IMG/VR virus record: IMGVR_UViG_3300048891_000039
Span: 1-42,762 of that record
Direction: 5' to 3' (one strand)
Length of the DNA: 42,762 nucleotides
Origin: a virus
Taxonomy: Duplodnaviria > Caudoviricetes
A model generated the notes under the pieces. That model had not been told where the DNA came from and ran no database searches. It saw only the letters and a program-made list of their open reading frames with translations. Below, in pieces: positions 9,901-18,295 of the stretch (position 1 is its first letter; each line of letters starts with the position of its first letter). A program made the position numbers and the translations under genes.

Positions 9901-11835
9901 CACGGCGTCGCCGTCGTCGCGACGAATCCGGTTGAGAATAGTCAGGCTGGCAGCTTCATCGGCATAGTGCTTGGCCGCTGCGGCGCTCAGCGCATTACTG
10001 GCGTCGACGTCGGTGTTGTATTCCTCGATGCCGATCTTCCCGGCCTTATACAGATCGGTAGCGATCTGAATCAGCTTGTTCGCGAGCGTTTGCTGGGTCA
10101 GTTTTTCCTTGAGCAGCGTCGCTTCTTTGCTCTGGCTCGCGTTGAGCTGCTCAATCGCACTGACGACCTGTAGCTCGAGGCCAGGGAGCGCCTGTTCTTC
10201 CTGCTGAAGCTTGCGTGCGGCTTCGGCCGCGGCTTTCTGAGAAGCGGTCTGTGCATCGAAGCCTTGCGCGGCCTTGATCGCCGGACCGTAGATAGTGTCC
10301 AGCGCCGACTTGATGTTCGCGATTTCGGCGGTCGACTTGCCGACGGATAACCGATCGACTTCCTGTTGCTCCTGGAAGGCCAGCGCAGCTGCCTTCCCCT
10401 TCCCTAAGGCGGCCGTCTGTTCCTTGAGGCTATTCGTTTCCGCGTCGAGCTTCGGCGTCAGCTTTTGGACCGCATCGCTCAGGTCGGCATCGGCGCGCGT
10501 AGCTTCGCCCGCGGCGGCCGCATTCGCGCTCGCAAGATTCGCTGCGCCCTGCTGGAGTTCGGTGCCACCACCGTTCGCCGGCGCGATGACTCCGTTGATG
10601 AGCTTGGCCGCCAGGTTACCCAGGCCGGTCGGCGTGAAATCGGCCAGCGAAAGACCACTGGAGCCCGCGCGCTGGAAAAACTTGTTCGACTGATCGAGCG
10701 CCTTGCCGATCGCGGTCGTGATCTCATCCCACGCCTTGACGATGGCGCCCTGGCCCGCCTTGTAGGCATCGGCCCGCCCTGTGAGCGCCTGGGAGAAGAG
10801 TTTGGTTTCCAGCGCGGCAGCAGCCGTCTTCTGCCCTTCGTCGGCGAGCTGGATAATTTCGATCGCCTGCGCGGCGGTAAGAAAATTATACTTTGAGTTC
10901 AGCTCCGCAATCGCGGCGACCGGGTCCTTGGCGATCTTCTCGAACTCGCCGACCGCCTTGTCGATCGACTCGCCGGTGAGCGTTGCAAAAGCAATCGAAC
11001 CCTGCGCGGCATCCCTCAGTTGCTCGCCGGCTATGCGCCCGTTGCCGGCAAGCTTCGTCAGCGCCTCGGACGCCTCACCGTAATGGCCGGTCGCCGCGCC
11101 GATTTCGGTCGTCAGCTGGCCAAGGCCCTGCGCCGTCTGCCCGGCGTAGTTGCCGGTGAGCAGCAGCTGCCGGTTGAAGCCGTCGATCTGATTTTCGGCG
11201 CTGACGAATAGCGCGATGGCGGCGCCAATGACGGCGAGCGTGCCGATCACAGCAGCGCCGGCGGCCGTGAAGGCGAGCTGCACGATGCCTGTCGCACCGG
11301 CAAGCGTGCCGAGCTCGCGCTGTGCCTGGCCGAAATTGCCGCTCAGAATATCCTTGATGAACAGGCCGAACTCGCGCCGCGTGTTCGACGTGTTGAGCGT
11401 GAGCACCGATTCGGCGGCGCTCGCATCGTTGATCGCCTCGCGGGTCAGCTCGATCTTGCCGGCATACGCGGCGAAGTCCTCGCCGCTGATCGCACCGCTG
11501 CTCTTGAACTTCTTGAGTTGCTCCAGCTGCGAGTCGAGCGCGCCGAGCTTCGCGACGGTGGGATCGATCTTGCCGATCAGCGCAGTGAGCGCGGAGGTTT
11601 GATCGCCGATAGCCGCCGACGCCGTCTTGGCGTCGGCGGCGGACTTGTATTGCGCGGCCGACAGGTTCGACTGCTGGCGCAGCGCTTCGATCGCGCTATC
11701 GGAAAGCGTCTTGTTGCTGCTGACCGTCTCCGCGGTCAGGTCGGCGACATTCTTGCGCGTGGACGCTATCGCGGCGTCCAGGCCGCTTGCGTCGCCTGTG
11801 ATTCGGTAGCCGAGGGTTTGGTCTGCAGCGCCCAT
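6988..11835 (-). CDS. Tail tape measure protein, 1615 aa
   Basis: Long Ala-rich helical protein directly after the chaperone pair; lambda-H-like segment (LLLTGNYAG..DPVAAIAELNSKYNFLT) and Gly-rich hydrophobic segments. Confidence 0.92.
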   Translation of the reverse strand: MGAADQTLGYRITGDASGLDAAIASTRKNVADLTAETVSSNKTLSDSAIEALRQQSNLSAAQYKSAADAKTASAAIGDQTSALTALIGKIDPTVAKLGALDSQLEQLKKFKSSGAISGEDFAAYAGKIELTREAINDASAAESVLTLNTSNTRREFGLFIKDILSGNFGQAQRELGTLAGATGIVQLAFTAAGAAVIGTLAVIGAAIALFVSAENQIDGFNRQLLLTGNYAGQTAQGLGQLTTEIGAATGHYGEASEALTKLAGNGRIAGEQLRDAAQGSIAFATLTGESIDKAVGEFEKIAKDPVAAIAELNSKYNFLTAAQAIEIIQLADEGQKTAAAALETKLFSQALTGRADAYKAGQGAIVKAWDEITTAIGKALDQSNKFFQRAGSSGLSLADFTPTGLGNLAAKLINGVIAPANGGGTELQQGAANLASANAAAAGEATRADADLSDAVQKLTPKLDAETNSLKEQTAALGKGKAAALAFQEQQEVDRLSVGKSTAEIANIKSALDTIYGPAIKAAQGFDAQTASQKAAAEAARKLQQEEQALPGLELQVVSAIEQLNASQSKEATLLKEKLTQQTLANKLIQIATDLYKAGKIGIEEYNTDVDASNALSAAAAKHYADEAASLTILNRIRRDDGDAVQQLLARYKEEEDALTDLGKAHSLETQELQAERDMQHAIEAAATAGDLVRKQQLLSELDGLKQRARGHADYMATLQQERSLIGDWAQTAEQDFGQAFQAINKDIIEGGSVMKDLVDLAKQVVEQIIFEFEKLAIINPILNSVFGGTRPDLGTAQGALGLLLNNASSGGAAASGGGFNLFSPSSWIDAGKNLASGFSNFAFGGASNAIDEAGTLQYAPSAAGASTGFFNSSLADQIGGANGSWGGAVGSVLGGAFGGYELGKQLFGSTVGGVVTGAAAATAAYFVPVVGWAFAAASLINSLTGGNVFGTDYKPTGQTSQEITVGAGGSTVQDFYQEHKHGALFSSGKYKDVSTPASQDQLDALSQFDKQLDQVRTSAADALGVTVADVITGAFNQAFDKNGKVITQTSTVLGQVYNESSTDFQARELADNLIAQVNKALGTDEASQIAAKYQSNAQTLYDAAQLLVAAEVDVKNGTSLLGDDKSLTDISGEVAKLNVSGESLVQTYVRLQTETIDVQSTLDQLGLTTSKTGTSFVEFSDDMVKAAGSLDNLNTLWSDYFANYYSSSEQAAAKLKVDQANESKLFAAIGQDPNESMAQFRAAFTSVFDTLSPEDVVKWLQAGEALAVVNADLGTTANQAQAAAQQYAAFIQPFRDMVDGVTNFESAVRSMGDSVSAAIAQANALAQAQGLQGASAEGVATIIKTFAIQGANALLQLQQETQQLASKLYGADYLQSLYDDYKKTGNVFDISKIQDAQGAQVKQQDNSRYLDAFQLANNAAQISAFTGENIDDVLKELGVPLGALGTDLKLNGQSTEDYLSKLVDQAKINEGILNASDITNKLLQDILDQARGAPLTYTKQSDFGQTDPNTAQTAAPGGKPGARTATGPITVTPQPARGAPATPPPANGRGGDDGGDVGKQIGRVGDAVSGIPAALANNGSDVAAAIDRNTAAIVQNTAAVNRWGMQQKTDRAFS

Positions 11836-11846
11836 GTTCTAAAGCC

Positions 11847-12212
11847 TTACTCCTCGTTCAACACGGGCTGCGCGGCGTACTCCATCACACGCACGCGCTC
11901 CAAAACGTCAGGCCACTCCTCGTTCGGTATCTGCTGCAACTGGCACACCGAGAAGATTTCCATCGCCGTGATGCCGTCGAAGTACACCTTCTTCAGCCCC
12001 TGGCTCTTCTCCCATCGACACCCGGAAAACACGCAAACCGCAGTCCAGTTTTCCGGCCAGATCAAACCCGGCTCCGCGAGCCGGGCTGCTTCTTCGCGCT
12101 CCATCGCGATGGCGTCTTCGGTCCAGTTCTGATTGCGCAGATCCTCGGCGTGCGCCTCGATGTCAGAACCGGGGCAGCCGCGCGCCCACCACACGGCTGC
12201 CTCTCTTAGTTT
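11847..12212 (-). CDS. Tail assembly chaperone, frameshifted C-terminal part (gpT-like, DUF1799-like)
   Basis: Open in the -1 frame from the slippery site (KLREAAVWWARG...IWPENWTAVCVF). Confidence 0.8.
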   Translation of the reverse strand, partial: KLREAAVWWARGCPGSDIEAHAEDLRNQNWTEDAIAMEREEAARLAEPGLIWPENWTAVCVFSGCRWEKSQGLKKVYFDGITAMEIFSVCQLQQIPNEEWPDVLERVRVMEYAAQPVLNEE

Positions 12213-12556
12213 TTTGCCTGCCCCTCCGGATCGAGACGGCCGACCGATTTCAGCCAGGCCTTGATCACGCCCTTCTTCACGCCGACAACGTCGAGCAGAT
12301 CCGAGCGCTCCACCGGCTCGGTGAACATCGGCTTCTCGGCGTTCGGCACGTCCTTGAAGTTCAGGAACACCTTGCCGAGCACGATGTCGTCATTCGCCAC
12401 CGAGCCATCGCTGGGCGTCAGCACTTCCTTGACTTCCGATTCCTTCAGGCGAGGAAACTCGGCCATGAACTTGCGCGGCTCGATCTTGCCGTCCTCGGCG
12501 ATGATCGAGAACAGCACGATGTGCCAGTAGGTTTTGCTCAGGTCTTTGGTGAACAT
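12206..12556 (-). CDS. Tail assembly chaperone (gpG-like), 116 aa
   Basis: Between tail tube and tape measure genes; GAGGA RBS; ends GCA AAA AAC TAA. Confidence 0.85.
   Translation of the reverse strand: MFTKDLSKTYWHIVLFSIIAEDGKIEPRKFMAEFPRLKESEVKEVLTPSDGSVANDDIVLGKVFLNFKDVPNAEKPMFTEPVERSDLLDVVGVKKGVIKAWLKSVGRLDPEGQAKN
12209..12215 (-). other. Programmed -1 frameshift heptamer A AAA AAC
   Basis: X XXY YYZ in frame just before the TAA; the -1 frame runs to 11847. Confidence 0.85.
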
Positions 12557-12588
12557 GGATACATTCCTCGTGGGGGATCATTGGGTGA

Positions 12589-12616
12589 GCCGCCTCGCGC
12601 GGTTGCGCAAGGCGGC
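12589..12616 (-). promoter_or_regulatory. 12-bp stem-loop after the tail tube gene, no U-tract
   Basis: GCCGCCTTGCGC-AACC-GCGCGAGGCGGC on -, with one G-U pair. Confidence 0.5.
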
Positions 12617-12657
12617 AGCTCTCCCGTGGGGGCACAGGGATTGCGTGGTGCGAACGA

Positions 12658-13605
12658 TCAGGTGAAGGCCAGCGACATCTCGTCGTCGACGCCCGAACCG
12701 CCGGCGGCGCCGGAATAGAGGAAGTTCAGATCGGCATCGAGCGTGGCACGGCCCTTGTCGTCGCCGTAGGCCGGCGTCTTGAGCTGCGTGTAGCCAGCCG
12801 CGAGCGTCCAGATATTGCCGGCCGTCATGCCATGCACGAGCGTCAGGCCGCCCGTGGTGTCTGCCTTGGCCGTGGTGAAGTAGTTCTTCGTCGTCAGCGT
12901 CGGAGCCAGCAGACTGACCTTCCCGACAGGCTTGCGGTCCATGATCTCCACGGTCTGCTCGCCGGGGTTGTCGAAGAATTCGACGTCGTTGCCGTGGTCG
13001 TAGCTGAAGCTCTTGAAGATCGACGCTAGTGCGTGCAGCGTGACCGTCGGCGTGTATGCATACGACACCGGGCGCGGCACCGTAAAGCCGGTGAAGTCCG
13101 GCACGATGTCCGCGATCGAAGCGGGGTCGACCCACAGGCCCGTGAACACGAAGTGGAAATACGCAATGCTCTGGCTGTCGAACTTGATCTGCCAGCTGCC
13201 GCGCGCGCCGACCAGGGCGTGGCGCTGCCCATCGAGCTGGAAGTACATCGTCAGCGACGTCGTGCCGCTGGATGCCGGCGCGTAGGTCACCGAGGTCACC
13301 GCGACGATCGTCTCGCTCATCTGGCACGCCTTGAACAGCTTGCCGTAATTCGGCGCGGTTCCCGCCACGCCAGAGCCGGCCGCCTCGACATCGAACTCGA
13401 GCATCACATGCGCGCCGGTGTGGATATCGCCGGAGTTGCCGAAGGCCTGGCCGTCCAGGTCCCGCGAGATCGCGTTCGCACTGAACGGCGTGATCTTCGC
13501 ACCGTGCGTGCGGATCGCGTCGGCCGCGACCAGCGCGACCGCAGTGCCGTAGACCGATTCGGCCTTCGCGAATACGGTTGTTTTCTTGTTGCGCAAAGCG
13601 GTCAT
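12658..13605 (-). CDS. Major tail tube protein, 315 aa
   Basis: AKAESVYGT N-terminus and FDVEAAGSGVAGTAPNYGKLFKAC motif seen in siphophage tube proteins; AGGAG RBS; position before the chaperones. Confidence 0.85.
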   Translation of the reverse strand: MTALRNKKTTVFAKAESVYGTAVALVAADAIRTHGAKITPFSANAISRDLDGQAFGNSGDIHTGAHVMLEFDVEAAGSGVAGTAPNYGKLFKACQMSETIVAVTSVTYAPASSGTTSLTMYFQLDGQRHALVGARGSWQIKFDSQSIAYFHFVFTGLWVDPASIADIVPDFTGFTVPRPVSYAYTPTVTLHALASIFKSFSYDHGNDVEFFDNPGEQTVEIMDRKPVGKVSLLAPTLTTKNYFTTAKADTTGGLTLVHGMTAGNIWTLAAGYTQLKTPAYGDDKGRATLDADLNFLYSGAAGGSGVDDEMSLAFT

Positions 13606-13608
13606 GGC

Positions 13609-13842
13609 TTACTCCTGATTCGCCGGCGCCGGGGTGGCGGCAGCGGTGGGTTTCGGTGCGGCCGGCGCCGGCTTGGCCTTCTTCGCGGCGGCTTTCTTCG
13701 CCTTGGCTTTCGGCGGCGCGGTCTTCGCGGGTGCCGGCTGCGCTACGTCGGGCGCCGGCTTGGTGGTCGGTTCGTGCCGGAGGAACGTTCCATCCTTCGA
13801 GTAGTGGAACGTGCCGCCTTGCGACTTGTCGGGTGCTTTCAT
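13609..13842 (-). CDS. Small protein with Lys/Ala/Pro-rich tail, 77 aa
   Basis: ATGA overlap and GGAG RBS; MKAPDKSQGGTF...KAKAKKAAAKKAKPAPAAPKP. Confidence 0.7.
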   Translation of the reverse strand: MKAPDKSQGGTFHYSKDGTFLRHEPTTKPAPDVAQPAPAKTAPPKAKAKKAAAKKAKPAPAAPKPTAAATPAPANQE

Positions 13843-14315
13843 GGGTTGCGCTCCAGGTAACGGATGGTGTTGAGTCCCAGGCGCGCCGCATGGCACAGCA
13901 CGCCGCCGAACATGACAGGGCCGGCGTCGTCGAGCTGGATGCACGATTCGCCGTCGCCGTTGATGCAGGTGATCGCTGCATCGCCGAGTGTTTCGTCTGC
14001 CGCAAACGCGTTGCGCACGCCCTCGATGAGCGCGTCGAACGTCAGTTCGCTCGCCGCGGCATCGTCCAGCGACATCACGCCCTGGATGCGCCAGCGAATG
14101 CGCTCGATCGTGCGGCCCTGCACGTTTCCGGTTTCCTGCGTCAGCGCGCGCCGCACGAACCAGCCCTTGATCGGCTGACCGGCGCCGGCCGAATACAGCA
14201 AGGCCAGCGTCTTCAGATCCGCCGCGTAGCGCTCGTAGGCGTGCACGACGCCAATGCCGGAGACCGCGTTCATGCGCGTGACGATCGCCGTGCGGATATC
14301 GGCGACGGTGCTCAC
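13839..14315 (-). CDS. Putative tail terminator/completion protein, 158 aa
   Basis: GTGA-coupled start (MSTVADIRTAIV); position between neck and tube genes. Confidence 0.65.
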   Translation of the reverse strand: MSTVADIRTAIVTRMNAVSGIGVVHAYERYAADLKTLALLYSAGAGQPIKGWFVRRALTQETGNVQGRTIERIRWRIQGVMSLDDAAASELTFDALIEGVRNAFAADETLGDAAITCINGDGESCIQLDDAGPVMFGGVLCHAARLGLNTIRYLERNP

Positions 14316-14818
14316 GCCGCACCTCCGGCGAGCTGCGCGCCGATGCGGATCATCGCCGCGTCGAACTGCTCGCGGATGTAGTCCTGCGAATCGTTCCAGG
14401 TGGTCTGCCACACCGGGTTGGCTTTCGTGCCGCGCTTGGCGATCGCCGCGCGGATCGCGTAGGCCGCGTTCTTCGCCGACAGATCGAGCAGGCCGAGCTT
14501 CACCTGCACCCAGTCGAGCAGCGGCTGGATCGGCATCCAGTGCGGGCCGGTGCCGAGCTCGACGTAGGGCGCATACGGCAGCGCCGTGAACACCATGCCG
14601 ATCACGTTGTCATCGAGCGCCTGCTCTTCGGTCTGCACGCTGCCGCGCAGGCCGGCCGAGCCACCGGCGCCGCTCGGCAGCCTTTCGGTCACGCGCGCAT
14701 GCAGCGTCTCGTCGATCTTCTCGACCGCGGTAAGCAGCTCGGCTCGCGTGATGTCCGGCGCCCGCTTCCAGGCGTCGGCCAGCTGCACGAAATCGCTGGC
14801 GTCGAGCTGCAGGATCAT
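14312..14818 (-). CDS. HK97 gp10/Mu gpG-like tail completion protein, 168 aa
   Basis: LRGSVQ..PYAPYVELGTGPH..IAKRGTKANP motif; ATGA-coupled start. Confidence 0.8.
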   Translation of the reverse strand: MILQLDASDFVQLADAWKRAPDITRAELLTAVEKIDETLHARVTERLPSGAGGSAGLRGSVQTEEQALDDNVIGMVFTALPYAPYVELGTGPHWMPIQPLLDWVQVKLGLLDLSAKNAAYAIRAAIAKRGTKANPVWQTTWNDSQDYIREQFDAAMIRIGAQLAGGAA

Positions 14819-15513
14819 GCCGGGCCGCCTGGCCAGGTCTGCACCGGATGGAACAGGCGCGCGCGACCTTGCACATCGGTGCGCTGCGGATTGGCATCGG
14901 CGCTCGCCGGCCGCACGCGATCGGCCGGCGCGACGCCGACGATGCGGATGTACTCGGCCAGCAGATCTGCCGCGCGCTTGCGAAAGCGATCGGTCTTGCC
15001 CTGGTGATCGGTCACGTCGGCCGTGATCGTCGGCGAGCCCTCGGTCGCGTAGTACGCGGAGAGCTGGCCACACAAATCCGATGCCGCCAGGCACGCCACG
15101 GCGCGCGCATGGCGCGGCGGAATCGTGTCGTGTGTGTCGTCGAGCAGCTGCGGCGCCGTGAACGTCGCGCGCAACGTGTCGCCTACAAGCGGAACGAACA
15201 GCAGCGTGAATTGCTGCGTGCCGTCCGGCTTGTCGTACAAAGAGATCGCTGCGGCATCGAGTAACGTAGTCGGGATGTTCCCGATCGGATATTCGAGCGC
15301 GCGCAGCGAGGATTGTCCCACCACCCATTCCGTGGGCGTGTCCAAGCGCTGGGTGCCGTCGCTGACCAGGTCATCGACGAGCACGCGCGGCGCGTCGATC
15401 GAGTAACGCGCCACCGCGTTGACGATCGCCGAGTCGCGACTGCCAGAAGCAATGACCTGGTCCTTGTCACGGACCAGGTCATCGACCAGCGCTTGGGTAT
15501 CAACCAGCGACAT
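14815..15513 (-). CDS. Putative head-tail adaptor, 232 aa
   Basis: Immediately follows the capsid gene; function from gene order. Confidence 0.6.
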   Translation of the reverse strand: MSLVDTQALVDDLVRDKDQVIASGSRDSAIVNAVARYSIDAPRVLVDDLVSDGTQRLDTPTEWVVGQSSLRALEYPIGNIPTTLLDAAAISLYDKPDGTQQFTLLFVPLVGDTLRATFTAPQLLDDTHDTIPPRHARAVACLAASDLCGQLSAYYATEGSPTITADVTDHQGKTDRFRKRAADLLAEYIRIVGVAPADRVRPASADANPQRTDVQGRARLFHPVQTWPGGPA

Positions 15514-15519
15514 GGTGGG

Positions 15520-17868
15520 TTAGGCGACAACGCCCTTGTAGGCCGGACGGAAGTCGACCACTGCGCCGCTGTAGATATGCCGGATCTTGTATTTGATCTG
15601 GTCATTCGAGAACAGCGAGCCCTGCGTCGGCATGTCCTGCACGAACAGCTCCGGATTTTCGTTGCCGCCGTAGAAGCCGACCTCGATGAACGGCGCATCG
15701 CCCTTGTCGGCGAGCACGCACCAATCGTTCGCGTCGGTCCAATAGTCGACGATGTGGGCAGTCGGCTTGCGGCTCTGCACGAACGTCTGGTCCAGGTTGG
15801 TGCCGCGCACGAAGAGGTTGTAGATCGTCTCCTCGAGCTCGGGTGCCGCGACGATGTGCTTGAGCACCAGGCCCAGGCGTTTTGCGCTGTCTTTCTCGGT
15901 CTGCTCTTTGATCGCCAGGCGCGCAGCGGCGAAGCTCGTTGCATCGAGCGCGGCCGTGCCCAGGTTGTTGTGCGTGGCATGGAACAGCGCGACGGTGTCG
16001 TAGATCGCCGGGTTGGTGCGCAGGAAGTCGAAGATGAACTCGAACAGCGTGCGCGATGCGGCCTTCGACAGCTTCTGCGGGATGCGGCGGATCAGGCCGG
16101 CATCGTCGTTCGCGATCGTTTCGAGCGAGAGCGTTTCCGTGCCGCCGCGCTTGGTGATCGCGTAGGTCGCCTTCTCGTCGGTCGGCGAGGTCAGCGCGTT
16201 GTAGCCGCCGTTTTCCGCAACGGCCGGCAGGTTGCCGTAGCCGCCCATGCGGTTGCGCTGCTGCGTGCGGAAGTCGTTCACCGGCACCACGTCGACCATC
16301 CAACGCCAGTCGCCGTAGGCTTCGCCGTTGGCGTAGTCCGCGATCATGGCGCGCGTGATCGAATCGCCGAGCACATTGGCGAACGTCGCGGCGCTGATGG
16401 CCTCGCGGAAGTTCATCTCGCCAACCGACTCGCGCAGGCGGGTCAGGTCGCAGTCGTTGATCAGGCCGGTCACGCGCTTGTCGCCGGTGATGTCGACGTA
16501 GGCTTCGCGGAAGCTGCGCAGCGGCTTGGACTTGTCGAAGAAGTCGGAGAGCATCGACTTGACCTTGTCGGCGCGGTCCTCGCCCGCCTCGATCTGGCCG
16601 CCATCGCCCAGGCCGCGAACAGCCGGGCCGCCCTCGCGCAGCTTCACGACCAGGGCGCGCTCGTCCTCGATTGCTTTGGTCACGTCGGCATCGGTGAACG
16701 TCACGGCTTCGGCGAAGCGCGCGTTCAAGCGCTGCTGCAGGATCTCCGGCAGCTTGCTCTGCGCGATCGCCACGCGTGCATTCGCGCGCGCCTCGACCAT
16801 GCGGAAACGCGCGTCGAGGTCGGCCTGGGTGACCGGCACGGGCGCTACCGTGCCGGCACCGGTGCCAGCTTCGTCGTCGTGTGCATTCTCGGCCGCCAGC
16901 GCTTCGCGGTATGCGGTCATCACTTCATCGTCGGTCGCCGCGACAAGCGCGTCGGCCCGCTTGGCGCCGAAGGCTTTGGCCTTGCTAGCGCGGATATGGT
17001 CAAGCATCTGCTGACGCAGTTTCATGTCGCTCTCCAGGAGGGATTCGGTGAAACGGATGACTTGCCCGCCCGCGCCGGGCTCGATGATCAGGTCGACGCT
17101 GCTGACCTTCGTCAGCGACGTCGCCTCGCGGAGCTTGCCAACGCGTTTGGCTTTGCCATCCGCGTCGATCGACAAGCCGAACAGGTCCGTCATGCCACGC
17201 GCGACGGCTTCGCGAAGCTTCGCTGCGACGTCGCTCGATTCGAGCACGTCGAAGATGGCTTGGATTTGCGCCGGCTGGTCGCCGGCGGCCTCGACGAAGC
17301 GAGGCTCGGTCAGCTTGCCGACCAGGTTCTTGAAGTCCTTTGCCTTCTGGTCGCCGCTGACGTGCTCTGCATCGTTCTTGGCGAACACGCGCACGCCGTC
17401 GAATAGCGGCACCGCTTCGCGCAGCACGGCGGCCGGATAGGTCACGCCGTTGAGCGACGTGCCGGCCTTGATCACGCGGACCAGGTAGCGCGCGGGCTTG
17501 GAAGCATCGGCGGCGGCGAGGGCTTCGATGAAGAAGCCGTTCGCCGCCGCTTCTGCCACCCGTGCCCCCACAGGTGCGTAGTCGACGACGACCTCCGTCG
17601 CGGCGCCGAGCGTCACAACGTTGTCGTCGCCGATCGTGTACGGGTAGGAGTAGTAGCGACCGCGCGAGCAGACGATCACGCGGTCGGGAAACACCGCATC
17701 GATCATCCAGTAGAAGCCGCACAGATCCGGCGAGTTGTCGCGCGTCGTGCGGACTGCGGCGTTGACCAGGTCGATGACCTGGCCGAGTTCCGACGCCGCT
17801 GCTTCACGCAGCTGCACGCCCGAGATACCGGCCGCGGCGATGGCCGCGGCGATCGCCTTGAGTTTCAC
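15520..17868 (-). CDS. Fused prohead protease-scaffold-major capsid protein, 782 aa
   Basis: Protease-like segment (IKAGTSLNGVTY..H..GLSIDA..SVDLIIEPGAGG), helical scaffold-like linker, capsid C-terminal part (VNDFR..LPAVAENG.Y..ETIANDD..LFHATHNNL..YKIRHIY). Confidence 0.85.
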   Translation of the reverse strand: MKLKAIAAAIAAAGISGVQLREAAASELGQVIDLVNAAVRTTRDNSPDLCGFYWMIDAVFPDRVIVCSRGRYYSYPYTIGDDNVVTLGAATEVVVDYAPVGARVAEAAANGFFIEALAAADASKPARYLVRVIKAGTSLNGVTYPAAVLREAVPLFDGVRVFAKNDAEHVSGDQKAKDFKNLVGKLTEPRFVEAAGDQPAQIQAIFDVLESSDVAAKLREAVARGMTDLFGLSIDADGKAKRVGKLREATSLTKVSSVDLIIEPGAGGQVIRFTESLLESDMKLRQQMLDHIRASKAKAFGAKRADALVAATDDEVMTAYREALAAENAHDDEAGTGAGTVAPVPVTQADLDARFRMVEARANARVAIAQSKLPEILQQRLNARFAEAVTFTDADVTKAIEDERALVVKLREGGPAVRGLGDGGQIEAGEDRADKVKSMLSDFFDKSKPLRSFREAYVDITGDKRVTGLINDCDLTRLRESVGEMNFREAISAATFANVLGDSITRAMIADYANGEAYGDWRWMVDVVPVNDFRTQQRNRMGGYGNLPAVAENGGYNALTSPTDEKATYAITKRGGTETLSLETIANDDAGLIRRIPQKLSKAASRTLFEFIFDFLRTNPAIYDTVALFHATHNNLGTAALDATSFAAARLAIKEQTEKDSAKRLGLVLKHIVAAPELEETIYNLFVRGTNLDQTFVQSRKPTAHIVDYWTDANDWCVLADKGDAPFIEVGFYGGNENPELFVQDMPTQGSLFSNDQIKYKIRHIYSGAVVDFRPAYKGVVA

Positions 17869-18095
17869 TTGCTGTCGCCCTTCGCGGCGGCGACGACGTC
17901 CTTCCAGACGTGCTTGGCATCCTGCAGCACGCGGTGGATGAACTTGCCGGCCTTGCGCTCGGCCAGCACGATCACCTCGCCGATCGGCGTGTAGCCTTCT
18001 TCACCAGGTGCTGCTACCGGCGTGGCGGTCTGCTCGGCGGAATCGGTTGCGGCGCCATCGGCGCCCGCTGTTGCGGTTTTGGCTTTGGGAGACAC
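17865..18095 (-). CDS. Hypothetical protein, 76 aa, first gene of the head-tail transcript
   Basis: GGAG RBS and GTG start; GTGA overlap with the capsid gene. Confidence 0.75.
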   Translation of the reverse strand: MSPKAKTATAGADGAATDSAEQTATPVAAPGEEGYTPIGEVIVLAERKAGKFIHRVLQDAKHVWKDVVAAAKGDSK

Positions 18096-18134
18096 GGCAC
18101 ACTCCGTAGCGAAGGGGTTTCGCTTGCGGAGCGG

Positions 18135-18178
18135 ATGATGCGGAGAGCGCCCTGGGGAATTCTTTTAACGGGCGATAA
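18135..18178 (-). promoter_or_regulatory. Putative activator-dependent late promoter (head-tail operon)
   Basis: 22/29 identity to 26648-26676; TTAA-N6-ATAA dyad; CATCAT -10-like hexamer at the same spacing as in the second copy. Confidence 0.7.
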
Positions 18179-18202
18179 AGAAACCCCCGCGCTCGGCGGG
18201 GT
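18177..18202 (-). terminator. Intrinsic terminator, second of a tandem pair
   Basis: CCCCGC-CGAGC-GCGGGG followed by GTTTCTTT on -. Confidence 0.6.
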
Positions 18203-18232
18203 ATGAAATCAGCTTAGCACGCGCGACGGCGC

Positions 18233-18266
18233 AAAAAAAACCGCGGGCGAATGAACGCCCGCGGTT
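18233..18266 (-). terminator. Strong intrinsic terminator
   Basis: CCGCGGGCG-N6-CGCCCGCGG followed by T8 on -. Confidence 0.9.
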
Positions 18267-18295
18267 CGTCGAACGCCAGAAAGAAATCGGACGCG

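Noticed and set aside
15313-17406. 697-aa + strand ORF
   Set aside because: Antisense shadow of the capsid gene
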